Positions 1-12,305 of a stretch of 64,000 bases of DNA are shown one piece after another. Numbering within the stretch: position 1 is the first letter of the stretch; each line of letters starts with the position of its first letter. Both the position numbers and the translations under genes were made by a program. The DNA is taken from NCBI RefSeq assembly GCF_036321535.1, contig NC_087436.1:19594001-19658000 (forward strand), in the 5' to 3' direction. Below the pieces are notes generated by a model. The model ran no database searches. It was not told where the DNA came from and saw only the letters and a program-made list of their open reading frames with translations. This DNA comes from Camelus dromedarius. Taxonomy: Eukaryota.

Positions 1-2699
1 AATAATTGACCTCAAATCATCTCGTACATTTTTCCCCATGTGGTTGTTGAGACATGATGCCTGCTGCTTCAGGTCTCCTGAACAGTAAGGGGCTGTTACA
101 AAGGCAGGGAGTCCAGGTGCTGCCAGACTCCTGAGAGGTCGGGAGTTGGGGATCAAATGCACCTGTGTCCTTAGAGCAGGTGCTGTGCCCTGGCTACACC
201 AAATACGCTTTTGCCTTTCTGCCTTTCAAACCCGCCCTGCCCCTAGAACGTGCTTTTGTCAGGAAAACCAAAATAAGTTCTGTTTGTTTGTTTCTCCATT
301 ATGTTTTTCTCTGCTGAGCTGGCGGTGTCGAACAAAGAGCTCAACCCAAGAAGTTTACTGCAATGTGATCAGTATTCTGTTCTTTTCTATAAGCAGAATA
401 CCTCCCCGTTTGGTCTTTTTTTTCTTTGCATTTTTCTTAATCTCAAAGCCATATGCTTCTGTTCTCGATTCTTCCTAATTTTCAGGCAAACAGATGGGTG
501 CTCTGAACACCAATCAAAAAGTAGCTGTTTTGCTAAAAAGGATTGGGTTAACTCGGACTTTTGTCTGCGTTTGCACTTTGTTTCTGCAGCGTTCTCCCAT
601 GAAACAGATACTCAGATCCTCCAGTGAGATACTGATGTGTGGTATCTAAGTAACCAGGTTAGTGTAAATCCTTCCATATTTCTGTAACATGGTAGATCTG
701 GCCTCTCCTGGAACTGGAAGAGCGAACTGCTCATCCTGACTCTTCCACTAAGACAGCCCCAGGCCTCAGATTCCTAAGCTCTTAGATCAGGGAATTTTAT
801 TCCAGCGAGGCGATTCTGTCATGCCTTGATCAGAACCGGCTTCCTTCCTGCAGTCTCCTAGTTAACATTTATAAAAATGACGTCCTCACTGCTTCCTATC
901 TCAGTGAGGTGGCATGGGTCACCCTCGTCCAGGAACACCCTTAGTTCTACATACAGCAAAGGGTGTTTGCATCTTATTGCTAGCATGGCCTTGTTAAGCC
1001 CTGTCCACTTACTGTATCAGTTTTCACAAAGTCCAATGCGTGTTTTCCTCTCCTGGTGACCTGACATCTCTGGTGCAAAGGATGTGTGTGGCAGTGACCT
1101 GAGCTCCAGGCTGATGATTATCCTAACGGGACTTCTCTGCTGCATGGCCGCGACAGAACATCCCACTAAGTGTGAAGAATTCATATTTCAGAAAGCAGGG
1201 GGCACATTTCAGGGACTATCACTCAGAGTTATACTTCCTCTTACCTCTCACACCAAGATGAAATACACAGCAGATTTTAATATATCTATTTGACATGTAG
1301 AAACTATATCTGTCCCTTTTGTGATCACTGTCAAAATATTTCTTCTAGTGATTTTAGACACACACACATCTTAAATAGAATACAGTAAGAATGCCTTATG
1401 AAATAATATATATTATTACATCCAGTATTTGTATTTAAGAATAAATTATTGCTGGCAAAGTAGTACCCAGGTAACTAATGAACCAAAGACGAAAACTCTG
1501 GCCTGAGACGCCTCCTGGATACCCTCTTGTCCGTACACTTGCGGTTTATTTTATTGTTCTTGCTTTCGCCCTGTCTCAGTCTCTTCGGTGCGCTTGCATC
1601 TACACACATGCTGAATTTGATTCATGGCTTTTATTAGGGCATTTGCCATTGATTGATTAGTTCTTCGTATTAGTACTTTTTCTATTGATTGATTGCAGAT
1701 GAAGTGACTATTTGACCTTTAATTATGAGGCTTCCTATTGAAAATGACATTGAGCTATGGCTTCACATAATCCATCTGGAAAGCCTGACATGATTCCACT
1801 CCCTGGAGTTCGTTCAGGAAGGAGGAGGAGGCCTGGAGGAAGTGCAGAGCTATCACTGGGCCTCGTCTGAAACAAAACTACAGGGCTTGTGTGCTGCTCG
1901 CCTAGAGTTGCGACTCAGGGTCAGAGGTAATTATATCTTGTCCAGACAGCATCACTTGCTGTGGGTTGCCCTAAAAGCCATGAACTCTCCCAGATTATTC
2001 TCTAGTTGGATGGTGATATTCGTATAATAATGAGAAGGTATTTTACAGAGATAGAACAGCTTGCACCTTGTTACTGATGGTTCAGTGCATGCCCAGTCGG
2101 GCTCATCGTGAAAAAAATTCCAGCCTTGGGTCATAATCCAAGGTTCGAATTATTAGTATTTCACTTTTTAAAAATCTTTTTCTCTTGAGTATTCGAGTCA
2201 CTTTGCTTATCCAGAGTTCTAACATGCATAGAAAGCTTTCTCGTATTCCTAGAAAGAGAAATGTTTAAGGATGTTTGAGATCCTTAAAGTGTATGTTTAT
2301 AGTAGTTTTTCATGTTTTCAAATGGCAAGATTGAAAGCGTACACTCTTTGAGTGTGTCAGCTGACAGCTGGCAATCAATTGTGAGGTTCCCAGATGTTGC
2401 TTATTTCCAAAGGCTTTTCCGAATTGAAAGAATGCTGTTTAAATTTTAAATAGCATGTCATGAGCAACGTTTATTAAAAGTCCACTATGGGCCGTACCAT
2501 TTGTAGACATTTGTACACAGAGACCAGTCACGGCAGCTGTGCTGCATGTTGAACTTCATTATGAGTCTGCGGTCGCATTTACACAGCTGAGCGTTGACGA
2601 GAAACTGTGCATTAAGCAAGAAGAACATAGCTTTTTGGTAGACGTGGGATTCTGGAAAGAGTGGAACAGATCGCCAACCTGATTATCACCAATGATTCT

Positions 2700-2840
2700 A
2701 GTCTGGATTCAAGTTCCAGTTCTCTCACCAAAAGCTGGAGCAAACACTTAATTGCCATCAGCCTCAATTTCCAAATCTGTAAAATGAGAAGATGAACAAG
2801 TCGGGTCGCTGAGATTCCTTCCAGTTTTAGGCTTCTGTGA
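2700..2840 (+). mobile_element. MIR SINE
   Basis: GCCTCAATTTCCAAATCTGTAAAATGAG core. Confidence 0.6.
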
Positions 2841-4359
2841 GCCTGGTGCGAAGTGATTGATGTTACCGTTAAGTTCCCCTGCTCTGTGCGAAAAGGAAAA
2901 GAGTTCTGGAAAGGAACAGCTATGTAAATAATGTTACATTACAAGAAAGGAGATAAGGCTGTTATGTTTTCCTGAAGAGGTTCAAAAATATCTTCATCCT
3001 CTCTGAAGAGTTTCATGGGAGAAACAAAATATGAAAAGGATTTTGTTTTCCATTTTATTTAGAAGCTTTTCAAGAGAGCTAAAGGATTACCTGCAGCTTG
3101 GGCTGAAACGATCACTTGACAACATCTGGGTCGTTTTCTCAAGGGGAAATGGAATTGAAATACAAATGTTTGCATTTCTGTTTTTCTTTTCCCTGTAAAA
3201 GCTTCTTTGTGATTCTATTTGGCACACAAAGCCTATTATCTTAATAAAACTGCCCTACGATTGGGAAGCACTTTTTTAAACCCTTGAATTCACTAAATCG
3301 TGTTACCTAAACAATCTTGAGTATTAGTAAGTCAGTAATTATGACCAAGAAATGAAAGCATAGAAAAAATTCTTAAATTTATTCCACATCATATAACTAA
3401 TAGAGGGTAGATTCCAGGTCTCCTAACATCCAGAACTGCATTGAAAAACATGATATGAAAGCACTTAGAAGACCAAAGTGTACTAGACTGAGCCAAAGTA
3501 TTATAATTGTGCCCTCTCAACATAGGTTTGAATTATTTTATTGATTGTTTAAGGAAAAAAAATTACTTCTGATTACATTGTTCATTATAAGACAGTTTTA
3601 AAATAGTCAGTATCTCTCATTGTGGCCATAAGCATATATTCCTTGTGGCCTAGTCATTAACTGGCTCTCATTCCTTATATTTTCTTTATTAATGAAAGGT
3701 TATATTCTATTTAAAGTGTGCCTTGATGAGCCAGCCCTTACCTTTCATGGGCTATCACTGTCTACACTCCGTTCTTACAGACTAAGAGCTGCAGTGCTTT
3801 TTGACAGTAAACTAGTAAGGGGAAAACAGGAGTCCAGAGTAAAGACAGAAAATAGAAGGCCGTGCTTGGGGCATAGCTGTAAGTGTATTTTCTGTCCTGC
3901 AATTTGCTCCTGCAGTTCTGTAAGGACAGGCAGTTTGGGGACCTCTACCATCTGACAGATTTTTAAAGATGCCTCTGAAATTAAAGACCCAGTAGGTTTT
4001 ACCACCATGCTGGAGACAGGTGGGGGAGTGTCTTGTTTCATAGTATTTTCTGATCCACAGGAGGAAAGAGAGAAATGCCAGTTCTCAAACAACGTGATAC
4101 ACTTAGGTTCCTCAGAGGTTTATAGATCATTTTGTTTTGAACTCTTGATTCTGAGTTGGTGCCTGAAATTCATCACTAGCATCTCCAGACTTTGTAATAA
4201 AAATTTAGGAAGTCCCCAGGTTCCACGGAAGTATCAAATTAAAGACATTAATACCTCTTAGGAGCACAGACATTGTAAACTGAGTATAATTCAATTTAAA
4301 AAAAACCCTCTTTGGGGGATCCCTAGCCTGACCCTCATGTCCCATTCTTCTTTGTTCCT

Positions 4360-4504
4360 TTTTATTTTATCTATTCTTATTATTTTAAGGAGGGGGTAAT
4401 TAGGTTTATTTATTTACTTATTTTTAAGCGAGGTACTGGGGACTGAACCCAGGACCTCATGCATGCTAGGCAGACACTCTACCACTGAGCTATACCCAAG
4501 CCCC
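4360..4504 (-). mobile_element. tRNA-derived camelid SINE (Vic-1-like)
   Basis: Reverse complement of GGGTATAGCTCAGTGGTAGAG...GAGGTCCTGGGTTCAGTCCCCAGTACCTC followed by (TAAA)n and CCTAATTACCCCC. Confidence 0.88.
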
Positions 4505-6281
4505 ATCTTCTTAATGTTACAGCAGGAGATGTCCGCCATACTCAGCGTCCGCCAAGACCTCTGCCCTGATACCCCCACACTTCTTTCTGCTCTTTCTCCA
4601 CGTTTTCCTTCGCCAGGGACTGCTAGAAGTTTTTAACCGCAATCTGCAGTTAGAAATACCTTTGACAGTGTGATCCAGAAAACATTTGCATGTGTGTAAA
4701 AGTTTTACAAAACAACATTCACTCTTACTTTATGTGATACATCCCATATTCTAGCCAAGTGGCAGATAAAAACCCATTCAAGTGATTTTACAACTCATTA
4801 ATGGGGTCATAATCCAAGGTCTGAAAAATACGACGTTCTATCTTGCTTGGTGAAATTTTATCGCCTTCCTCAAATAGTGACCATGTAGGCTTTGGCTACT
4901 ACTGTCCCTTTTCCACTGAACTTTAAGCCAAATTTCTGATACCAAGTAGGAATCAGAACTAAATTAATAAGTTCAAACTAGGAATAAATCTTGATTTGCA
5001 GTAAGATCAGCTCCATTCAGATTTCATTAATCCAGCTTATATAATAGAGTTTCTATACTTTTTGTTGATTTATTTTTTAATTATTTTTTCTCTATTCAAC
5101 ATGTTTTCAGTTAGTAATAATAACAGTGAACATTAATTAGGTACTTAAGAGGCGAACCCTGTGCGAAGTGCGTGTTACAGGACTTGGTTACATGACAATA
5201 CTTCACGGTGACGGTGTAGATTTCAGAGCCCCAGACAGCCCACCGCTCTGATGGAGAACTCTCACTGGCGTGTGCAGTAAGAAAGCACCCCAGTGGTAGC
5301 TACAACAGATGCCTGTGTATCTCTCTTAACCAGCGACTTTGCTAATTAGCATAATAAATTCAGAAATAGGTTTTTATTGATGAAATTACTGACTTGTTGC
5401 TTTGCATGGTAAATACAGTAAACGGACCCTCACTGATACGCAGACTGCCTAAAAACTTTATAGAGACACGCTTCCCACTTTCTGAAAGAATCTAGCAAAT
5501 CCTATAGCCTGAGTATGAAATCCCCAGGGCTGTGTGGGAGGCCTGATCACTACCCGGTTTTGTGCCCAGCCTCTGTCTGGAGGACCGGTAGTCACCTGAG
5601 GCTGACTGTCAGGGTCACTGAACTCTGCTCTGGACTGTAGCCTCGGTGCCTTGAGATGCCTCCTCCTGCCAGGTGCTGGTGGGAGCACTTGAAAGATCAG
5701 GGCTGGGACTTTAGCTGACAGACACGATAGGTTTGCTGAAACTGCTTTTGTGCTTGACTGCTAATACGTGTTGTGTTAAAAATGCACGTATGTACGGCAG
5801 CTTACTTTTCAGAGCTGCTGGCAAGGGGATGGAGGGGATCTTAACCTACCCTTAAAACGTCTTTAGCCACTACACACTGTCTGCCCGAAGGACTCTGGAT
5901 CTTAGGGACGCCTGACCAGCCTGGTGTAGGTCACGTCCATGCCGTGCATCAGCTCCCATCACTCCCACGGTGACCCCCATAAAGGAAGTGAGATCCCAAG
6001 AGCACACCACTTGCCCAAGTTGCGTGACCCCAGGTGGCAGAGCAGGACGTCCAGCCAGGTCTGACTCTTGGCCGCTGTGCCGAGCGATGAGGAGAGTTTT
6101 GCAGAAGGTTCTCTGCTGTGAAACCCGGCTTCTGGCATCAGCCCTTGGTTACTACGCACGGACAGTTTAGGCCAGGTGATCTCTCTGGGAGCCTTCTAGT
6201 TCTAACGTTCACTAATACACTGATTTTGAAAGATTTCACTGCTAGCTGTAGAACCTTGAGTCATTCAGAGGGACCAGAAGA

Positions 6282-6470
6282 TCAGCATTTCTCAAAGGGC
6301 AGCCCTTAAGTATATAGCAGATTACTTCCTTCAAAAAAATAAAATGTAGATTACTGGGCCTTAATGGAGGCCTACTGATTCAGAATTTTTAAGAGTAAGA
6401 CCTTGGAGCCTGATTTTGGTAACACGTTACAAAAAAGGGTATGATGCACACAGAAGTGTAAAAGTCACCA
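6282..6470. mobile_element. MER5-family hAT DNA transposon
   Basis: CAGCATTTCTCAAAG...AAATGTAGATTACTGGGCC...CCTACTGATTCAGAAT. Confidence 0.55.
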
Positions 6471-7857
6471 TAGTCCATACACCCGTCATCACCTCGCCGC
6501 TTCCAGAGACCCTGGCTCCCCCACCCCGGTTCTTAGGCAGGCGTTTGACCTGGCAGAGCGTTCAGTCAGATTTTGTGTGTGTGCCTTTTCACGATGGTGG
6601 GAACCAGTTGGAGCCAAGCTAGGTTGTTGAGGTTTTTTAAACTTTAGCCTGGCTGTGATGTACCCCACTTTTAGACACTTTTTATATCATCATTAGCCAA
6701 AATGAGATGCTTAGGACATAGAGGCTTATGACACACCACTAAGTACTGAAAAGATAAACAACAAAATCAAAAAAAACACAAAAACTGAGTAGGTACTAGA
6801 CCCTGATTTCTAGGACTCACCCACTTCATTCTATGACTTCACGGTCATGTCCAGGAGGGGTAAAAACCTGTACCCATTCTTCTCATCTGTGGTGGTGGTT
6901 CCCTTATTATTGCCTCCAAGTGCTCTCTTGAGTTTCCTTTGCATGGATCTGGTGAAAGCACGGCGTTTGGATGTGGAAGTAGGCCAGTGTTTCTCAAGGT
7001 ATAAGCTGAGCAAAAGGAAAGCATCCATTTAGTGCCCATCATACCAAAAACTCACCCCCAAACTGGGGCTTTCTTCCTTTAAGACCGTGTCTTCCTGGCA
7101 AGCTGAGGCTTAAATTTAGGCATCTTTAAAATAATTTCAGAACACCTACTATTTGAAAGTTATCCTTATCTGAGTCCTTTTATGTCCCCTCTTCTGAAAG
7201 GGGAAGTAACAGGCACACATTTCTTCGTTGTCCTCAAGCACGTCCTTTGCCACATCAGGAGAGCCGACAGCGGCCCGTTTCCCACTGCTCCCTGTTCATC
7301 TCTGCACCCGTTGTCAGTTGCAGAGGGGATTGTCTAGTATTATTATCATTATTAATATTTAGAAAGTTTGCCTCTAGCAGTACTAAAATGTGCATCACAG
7401 AACAACAGTTGTTTTCTGTGTTTGAAGTGAAGAGTCTCACCCAGGAGATCTCCTTCACTTGAAGCCTCTACCTCTCAATCTCAGCTTGCAGACGGAGACT
7501 GATGAATAACAATCGCTGTTTCAGAGTTGCATCTCTCCCATTAACTATTTGGCCATGCCTCTTCCCAGAAACCCCCTTAATGGAGCCAGACGCTATAAAC
7601 CAGTTTGTGTGGATTTAATGTCAGCCATCTCCATGCAAGAATCAAGGAATCCACGGCTGTAGAATGAGGTGACACCCACGACCTCCTTGTGCCCATCTAT
7701 AGTCCCATCCAAATGCCTCCAGCCAGATGTTAAAGTTAACTGCCTGTTTTTTAAAGCCATAGGGCACGCAGTAAGTTTTTGACAAGTTACCCTGGGGACA
7801 GAAGGAGGTATAAAATTGGACATAAGATCAATAGATTCCTGGGCCCCCGAGATCTTT

Positions 7858-7980
7858 GGGGAGGGTATAGCTCAAGGGGTAGAGCACATGCTTAGCATGC
7901 ACGAGGTCCTGGGTTCAATCCCCAGTACTTTCATTAAAAAATAATTAAATAAATAAACCAAATTACCTCCCCCACCCCCC
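7858..7980 (+). mobile_element. tRNA-derived camelid SINE (Vic-1-like)
   Basis: GGGGAGGGTATAGCTCAAGGGGTAGAGCACATGCTTAGCATGCACGAGGTCCTGGGTTCAATCCCCAGT, with A and B boxes and an AT-rich tail. Confidence 0.9.
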
Positions 7981-8244
7981 GATCCTGGGCCCACAGAAGC
8001 CAGCTCGTTTGGAAAGTCATCTGTCCTGAAGCTGGGCACAGTAATGGGATCGGAGTAGTGACACTTCCCACTGCCATTGCTGCAGTTTACTCTCTGTACA
8101 AATACTCTCCCCTGTGTGCTGGTACTACCCTGGTGCTGCTAGAGCAAGCTTTCTAAATATTCATATAATAAAAACCAAGTTCTCTGCAACTAACAGCGAG
8201 TGCAAAAATGTGCAGGAAGCCCTGGTGCCAATGAGAATCACTTA

Positions 8245-9785
8245 CTTTATTCGCACGTTGGTTCCACAAGTGCATATTTAGTGCCTACTCTTTGCCAGAC
8301 ACTGTCCTAGGCCCTTAGGGCAGGTGGAGTTTGGGAGGGCGAGAGATAGCAGTGAACAAAACACAACAAAGTTCTCAGCCTTATCCAGCCTCCTCTCTAG
8401 CCAGGTTAAACAGACAAACACTTAGACACATGGTGCATCAGATGATGGGAAGTGCTGGGGAGAAGAAGAAAACCAGAAAGGAGGATGGGGAGTTCCAGAT
8501 GGAGGTGGGGACCTTTAGGCTTAAAGGGGCTTTGGATCAAAGACTTGAAGGAAAGAGGGAGCAAGCCATGTGATAGTCAGAGGAAGGAGGTTCCCACCAG
8601 AGGGAACAGTGAGGGCAAAGTTGTGCTTAGCAAGTTGGAAGAAGAGGAAGGGGCCCGTGTTCAGGGAGCAGAATAAGCGAGGGAAGGGTTCTAGTGGATA
8701 AAAAATAATGGAAGAGGAGTGGGTGGTATCATGTGAGGACCTGCCCTGATTGCAGAGGAGAGGGGAAGCTGGAGAGGTGTGAGTGGACAAGTGACAAAAT
8801 CCAGCTTCCACTTGCTGGACTGGGCTTGGCTGGGTAGAAGGGCACAGTGGCGAGAAACAGGAAAGCCAGTTAGGAGCCTCGAATCCAGATGAGAGCTTAG
8901 GGTGCTTTGGTTAAAGGTAGTAGCAGTGGAAGTGGCGAAAAGCCTTGGATTCTGGTTGTATTTCGAATGCAGAACTCCTAGGATTTGCTGACGAATTGGA
9001 TGTGGATGTAAGAGAAAGAGGAATCAAAGGTGAATCCCAGGGGTTCAGCCTGAGGGACTAGAAGGACGGAGCTGCCACTCACTAGACTGGATGAGATCAC
9101 AGAGGGACAGATTTGAGCCGTGGGAGAGGAGTCCAGGGCAGATCAAGAGTTCCATCCTGAACATGTCAAGTTGGAGATGTCTTTTCAACATCCAGTGGAG
9201 AGCTGGCTTTATGAGTCTGGAATTCTGGTCCAGGCCAGAATTTTCAGTATATAGATGTTTGGGGGCTTGGGTTTTTTTTTTTTTTTTAAATAGTGTTTCA
9301 ATTTTCTTTTTAGAATTCTTTTATATATTTTTTTAATTTTTATTGAAGTCTAGTTGATTTACAATGATGAGTTAGTTTCAGGTGTACAGCAAAGTAATTC
9401 AGTTACATGTATACAGATATATATATTCTTTTTCAGATTATTTCCCATTACAAGTTATTATGAGATATTGAATATAGTTCCCTGTGCTATACAATAGGCC
9501 CTTGTTATTTATCTATTATATATATAGTAGTGTTTATCTGTCAGTCCCAAACTCCTAATCATCCTAATCATCCTTCCCCCCACCACCCCTTTGGTAACCC
9601 TTTGGTAACCATAGTTTGTTTTGTATGTCTGTGAGTCTATTTCTGGTCTGTAAATAAGTTCATTTGTACATGTGGTTGTTATTTTAAGCTACCAGGCGGC
9701 AGGAGACCCCCGAGGGATGGGTAGATAGAGGAGAGAAGACCTCTGAGCACCAGGCCCTCAGGCACTCCTGGGTTAGGGAAGATAT
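8245..9785 (-). mobile_element. L2 (LINE-2) remnant interrupted by an L1 fragment
   Basis: ATTTAGTGCCTACTCTTTGCCAGACACTGTCCTAGG, GTGAACAAAACA, GGATTTGCTGACGAATTGGATGTGG and TTGGAGATGTC motifs typical of L2. Confidence 0.7.
9290..9670 (-). mobile_element. L1 3'UTR fragment (cetartiodactyl-type) inserted into an L2
   Basis: TTTTATTGAAGTCTAGTTGATTTACAAT...TTCCCTGTGCTATACA...TTTGGTAACCATAG is a typical L1 3' end. A near-identical family member lies at 58440-58751. Confidence 0.85.
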
Positions 9786-9949
9786 GAAATTACTTTGATA
9801 GTAAAATGATGTGAAATTTGAAATCAGCCAGACATACAAGCTAGCTAGCCTGTATTTTTCTCTTGTCTCACAAGGTTGAGGCGAACATTTGATCACAGAG
9901 GAGACGGGAAGCCAGTTTGACACATTTAAAGGAGAAGGTTCTGATATTC

Positions 9950-10130
9950 ATAAGGCTCCTACTACGCGCCAGGCTCTGTGTTAGACGTGTGGGTTGCCAT
10001 GTTATCTCATTTAATCTTCACCACAGCTCTGCGCATTAGCTCTTACTGATCCATTGTCCTCGCCAGAAAACCAAGCCTCAGAGAGGTCGAGTAACTCACC
10101 CGTTTCCACAGTGAGCACAGAGGTAGAGCC
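9950..10130 (-). mobile_element. MIR SINE
   Basis: TTATCTCATTTAATCTTCACCACAGCTCTG...GCCTCAGAGAGGTCGAGTAACTCACCC. Confidence 0.65.
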
Positions 10131-10204
10131 AGTGCACAATGAGTGGCCATCTGTCTCCCTCCAGAAACATCCAGAGTCCTCCTGCTCCCCCTTGTTACCA
10201 GACC

Positions 10205-10372
10205 CAGCTTCTCAACCAGGCTTACGTTGGAATCACCTAGGAGCTGTGCAGAACTCTGCCTGGACCCTCCCCATACCTGTTACCTCAGAATCTCTCAGGA
10301 TAGACCCAGGGGTCACAGTGTTTTGAAGCCACCCAGGTGATTCTGACGTAGCGCTGGCACTGAGAACCGCGG
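10205..10372. mobile_element. MER5-family hAT DNA transposon
   Basis: TTGGAATCACCTAGGAGC...TCAGAATCTCT...CCCAGGTGATTCTGA...TGAGAACC. Confidence 0.7.
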
Positions 10373-12059
10373 CATCAGGCTACTTCCTGTGTCTGCACCT
10401 GCGCACGCTCCACTGCGCTCCAGAAAGGGTGCAAGGTAGGAGGACACCTGCTCGTTAGTTGATAAAATGGGCCACTTGTTTGTGCTGATTGGTGAAAACC
10501 ACAGTTCTCTGCATTGTGATTCGATATGTTAAGTGTTCAGAGTTTAAAAAAAACCAAGGGGCTTAGAAAAACCTCATGGTTTCCAGAAATACCAGGGGTT
10601 TTATTTGTTTTTTTTTATTTTCTTCCTTGGCCTAAAATTCTTCTAAATGAGGTCTTAGCTCCCCGATTTTTATATCATTGAAAATAAATAAAAGGCAGGA
10701 GTAGATTAGCAGGATACCATCTAGCCAAGTTAAACCACAGAAACGTATCTGTCTTTTTTAAGAGAGATGGATTTAAGGACAAATAACTCTGATTTCTAAT
10801 CCCCAAATCAAAACTGCCTTGTTCTTTTGTGTCAGAAGACGGCTCTTCTATGGCTTACATTTATTGTATACACGGTACCATTAAGAAGAAAATTACCACA
10901 GAGGGTGATTAGTGGTCATGGCGACAAAACCAAAAATGTGTGTTAAAAATAATTAATATGCATTTGAGTCATGTTTACTCACATTTACTACTTAACTAAG
11001 GTTTGAACGCTTTTGGGAATTTCCACTGTCCATTGATAAGATTGTGACTGCAGAATCTTCCAAGAAAACAGAGTTCAGGGTATCAGAAGCTGTGGCAGAA
11101 TCCTTGAAAATGTGTCTCCTGCTCATCATCCTTCTCATTGGCTCGGACTTGAAGAGTTCAAGTGTTTTTCCTTCATTTATATAAAAACACATCTTTAAAA
11201 AGTCTGTAAACCTAGGCAAGGCTTTTCCAGAGCCAGTCAGATGGGGCCAGTTCTGTGCTGGGGACCATGTGAAATCTATTCCGATGACCTTGGATTTTCA
11301 TCGTATGAAATTCTCATTCTATTTTTGATGTTTCGCATCCTGTGATTGTGAACACCAGCCAGATTTTCTCTTTGGAAGACAAACGACTCTCCCCTCACAG
11401 CCCAGCAAAGGAAAAAAGTCATCTCCCTCCACTTCCTTCCCACCTGGCTCCATAAATATGGCGACCCCCTCCCGGAAGCCACAGCCAGCATCCTAATAGA
11501 GGCTCCCTGGCTCCACGCTGTAATGCATTCTCGAATTCCCTGGCTGCTAATTACTCCTACAATGCTGTCAGACAGGTGAGGCTGTACCTAATCTTCCAAG
11601 GCAGAAACCTTCAGTTGGTAGAGTTAAATGTTTCATTGTCAGCATCTGGTGAGCCGGCCCAAGCCATTCATTAAACATCTTTTCCAATCAGACCGTACCT
11701 GTTTCAGAACAGAAATAACACCAGCTGCTCATTTTGGTCTTTTCTCTCCTCTGTATTGAGATAAAACTTTCAGCGAATTGGTAGGATGACAGCCCAGGTT
11801 ACCAACGGCTACAACACAATCTTTAATTTTCCTAGTGGGCTCAAAATGGTCAGAAAATGGTCATCAGCCAACTTTCATTCAGAGCGAGTCAAGGCCACGT
11901 AAGCAGCTTTGTTGAAAGGTGGGCCTCCCTCCTTCGCAGCACTTTCTCGTGTGAATATTAAATTCCTGCCGTTGTCACCCTCCATTATGGTGTGTTAATA
12001 TTATCAAGCATCTCTTATCCCTCAGGTTCCTGAGTCCTCTCACAGAGTACCATTTCGGG

Positions 12060-12305
12060 CGGGTCGTGTGGTGGACGGCACCGAATACAGGAGCCCGCCT
12101 GTCCGTATTCACATCCTAGCTGTATCCTGTCGCTAGCTGTGCATGGATCATGGCGAGACCTTTATTCATCTGCTGCCTCAGTTTTCTCATCTGAAAAATG
12201 GAGATTATAACAGTAGCCTTACTCACATCGTAGATGTGAGGCGTGAGTGAGTCCCTGTTTGCACACTCTCATAGTAGTGCCTGACCCACCGTGAGCCCTG
12301 GATAA
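12060..12305 (+). mobile_element. MIR SINE
   Basis: Core GCCTCAGTTTTCTCATCTGAAAAATGGAGATTATAACAGTA. Confidence 0.75.

Noticed and set aside
7858..7930. tRNA-like sequence as a genuine tRNA gene (same for the other six copies)
   Set aside because: The copies are divergent, have AT-rich tails and TSD-like flanks, and fit SINE heads.
9553..9612. Small direct repeats CCTAATCAT x2 and CCCTTTGGTAA x2
   Set aside because: Replication-slippage duplications inside an L1 fragment with no sign of function.
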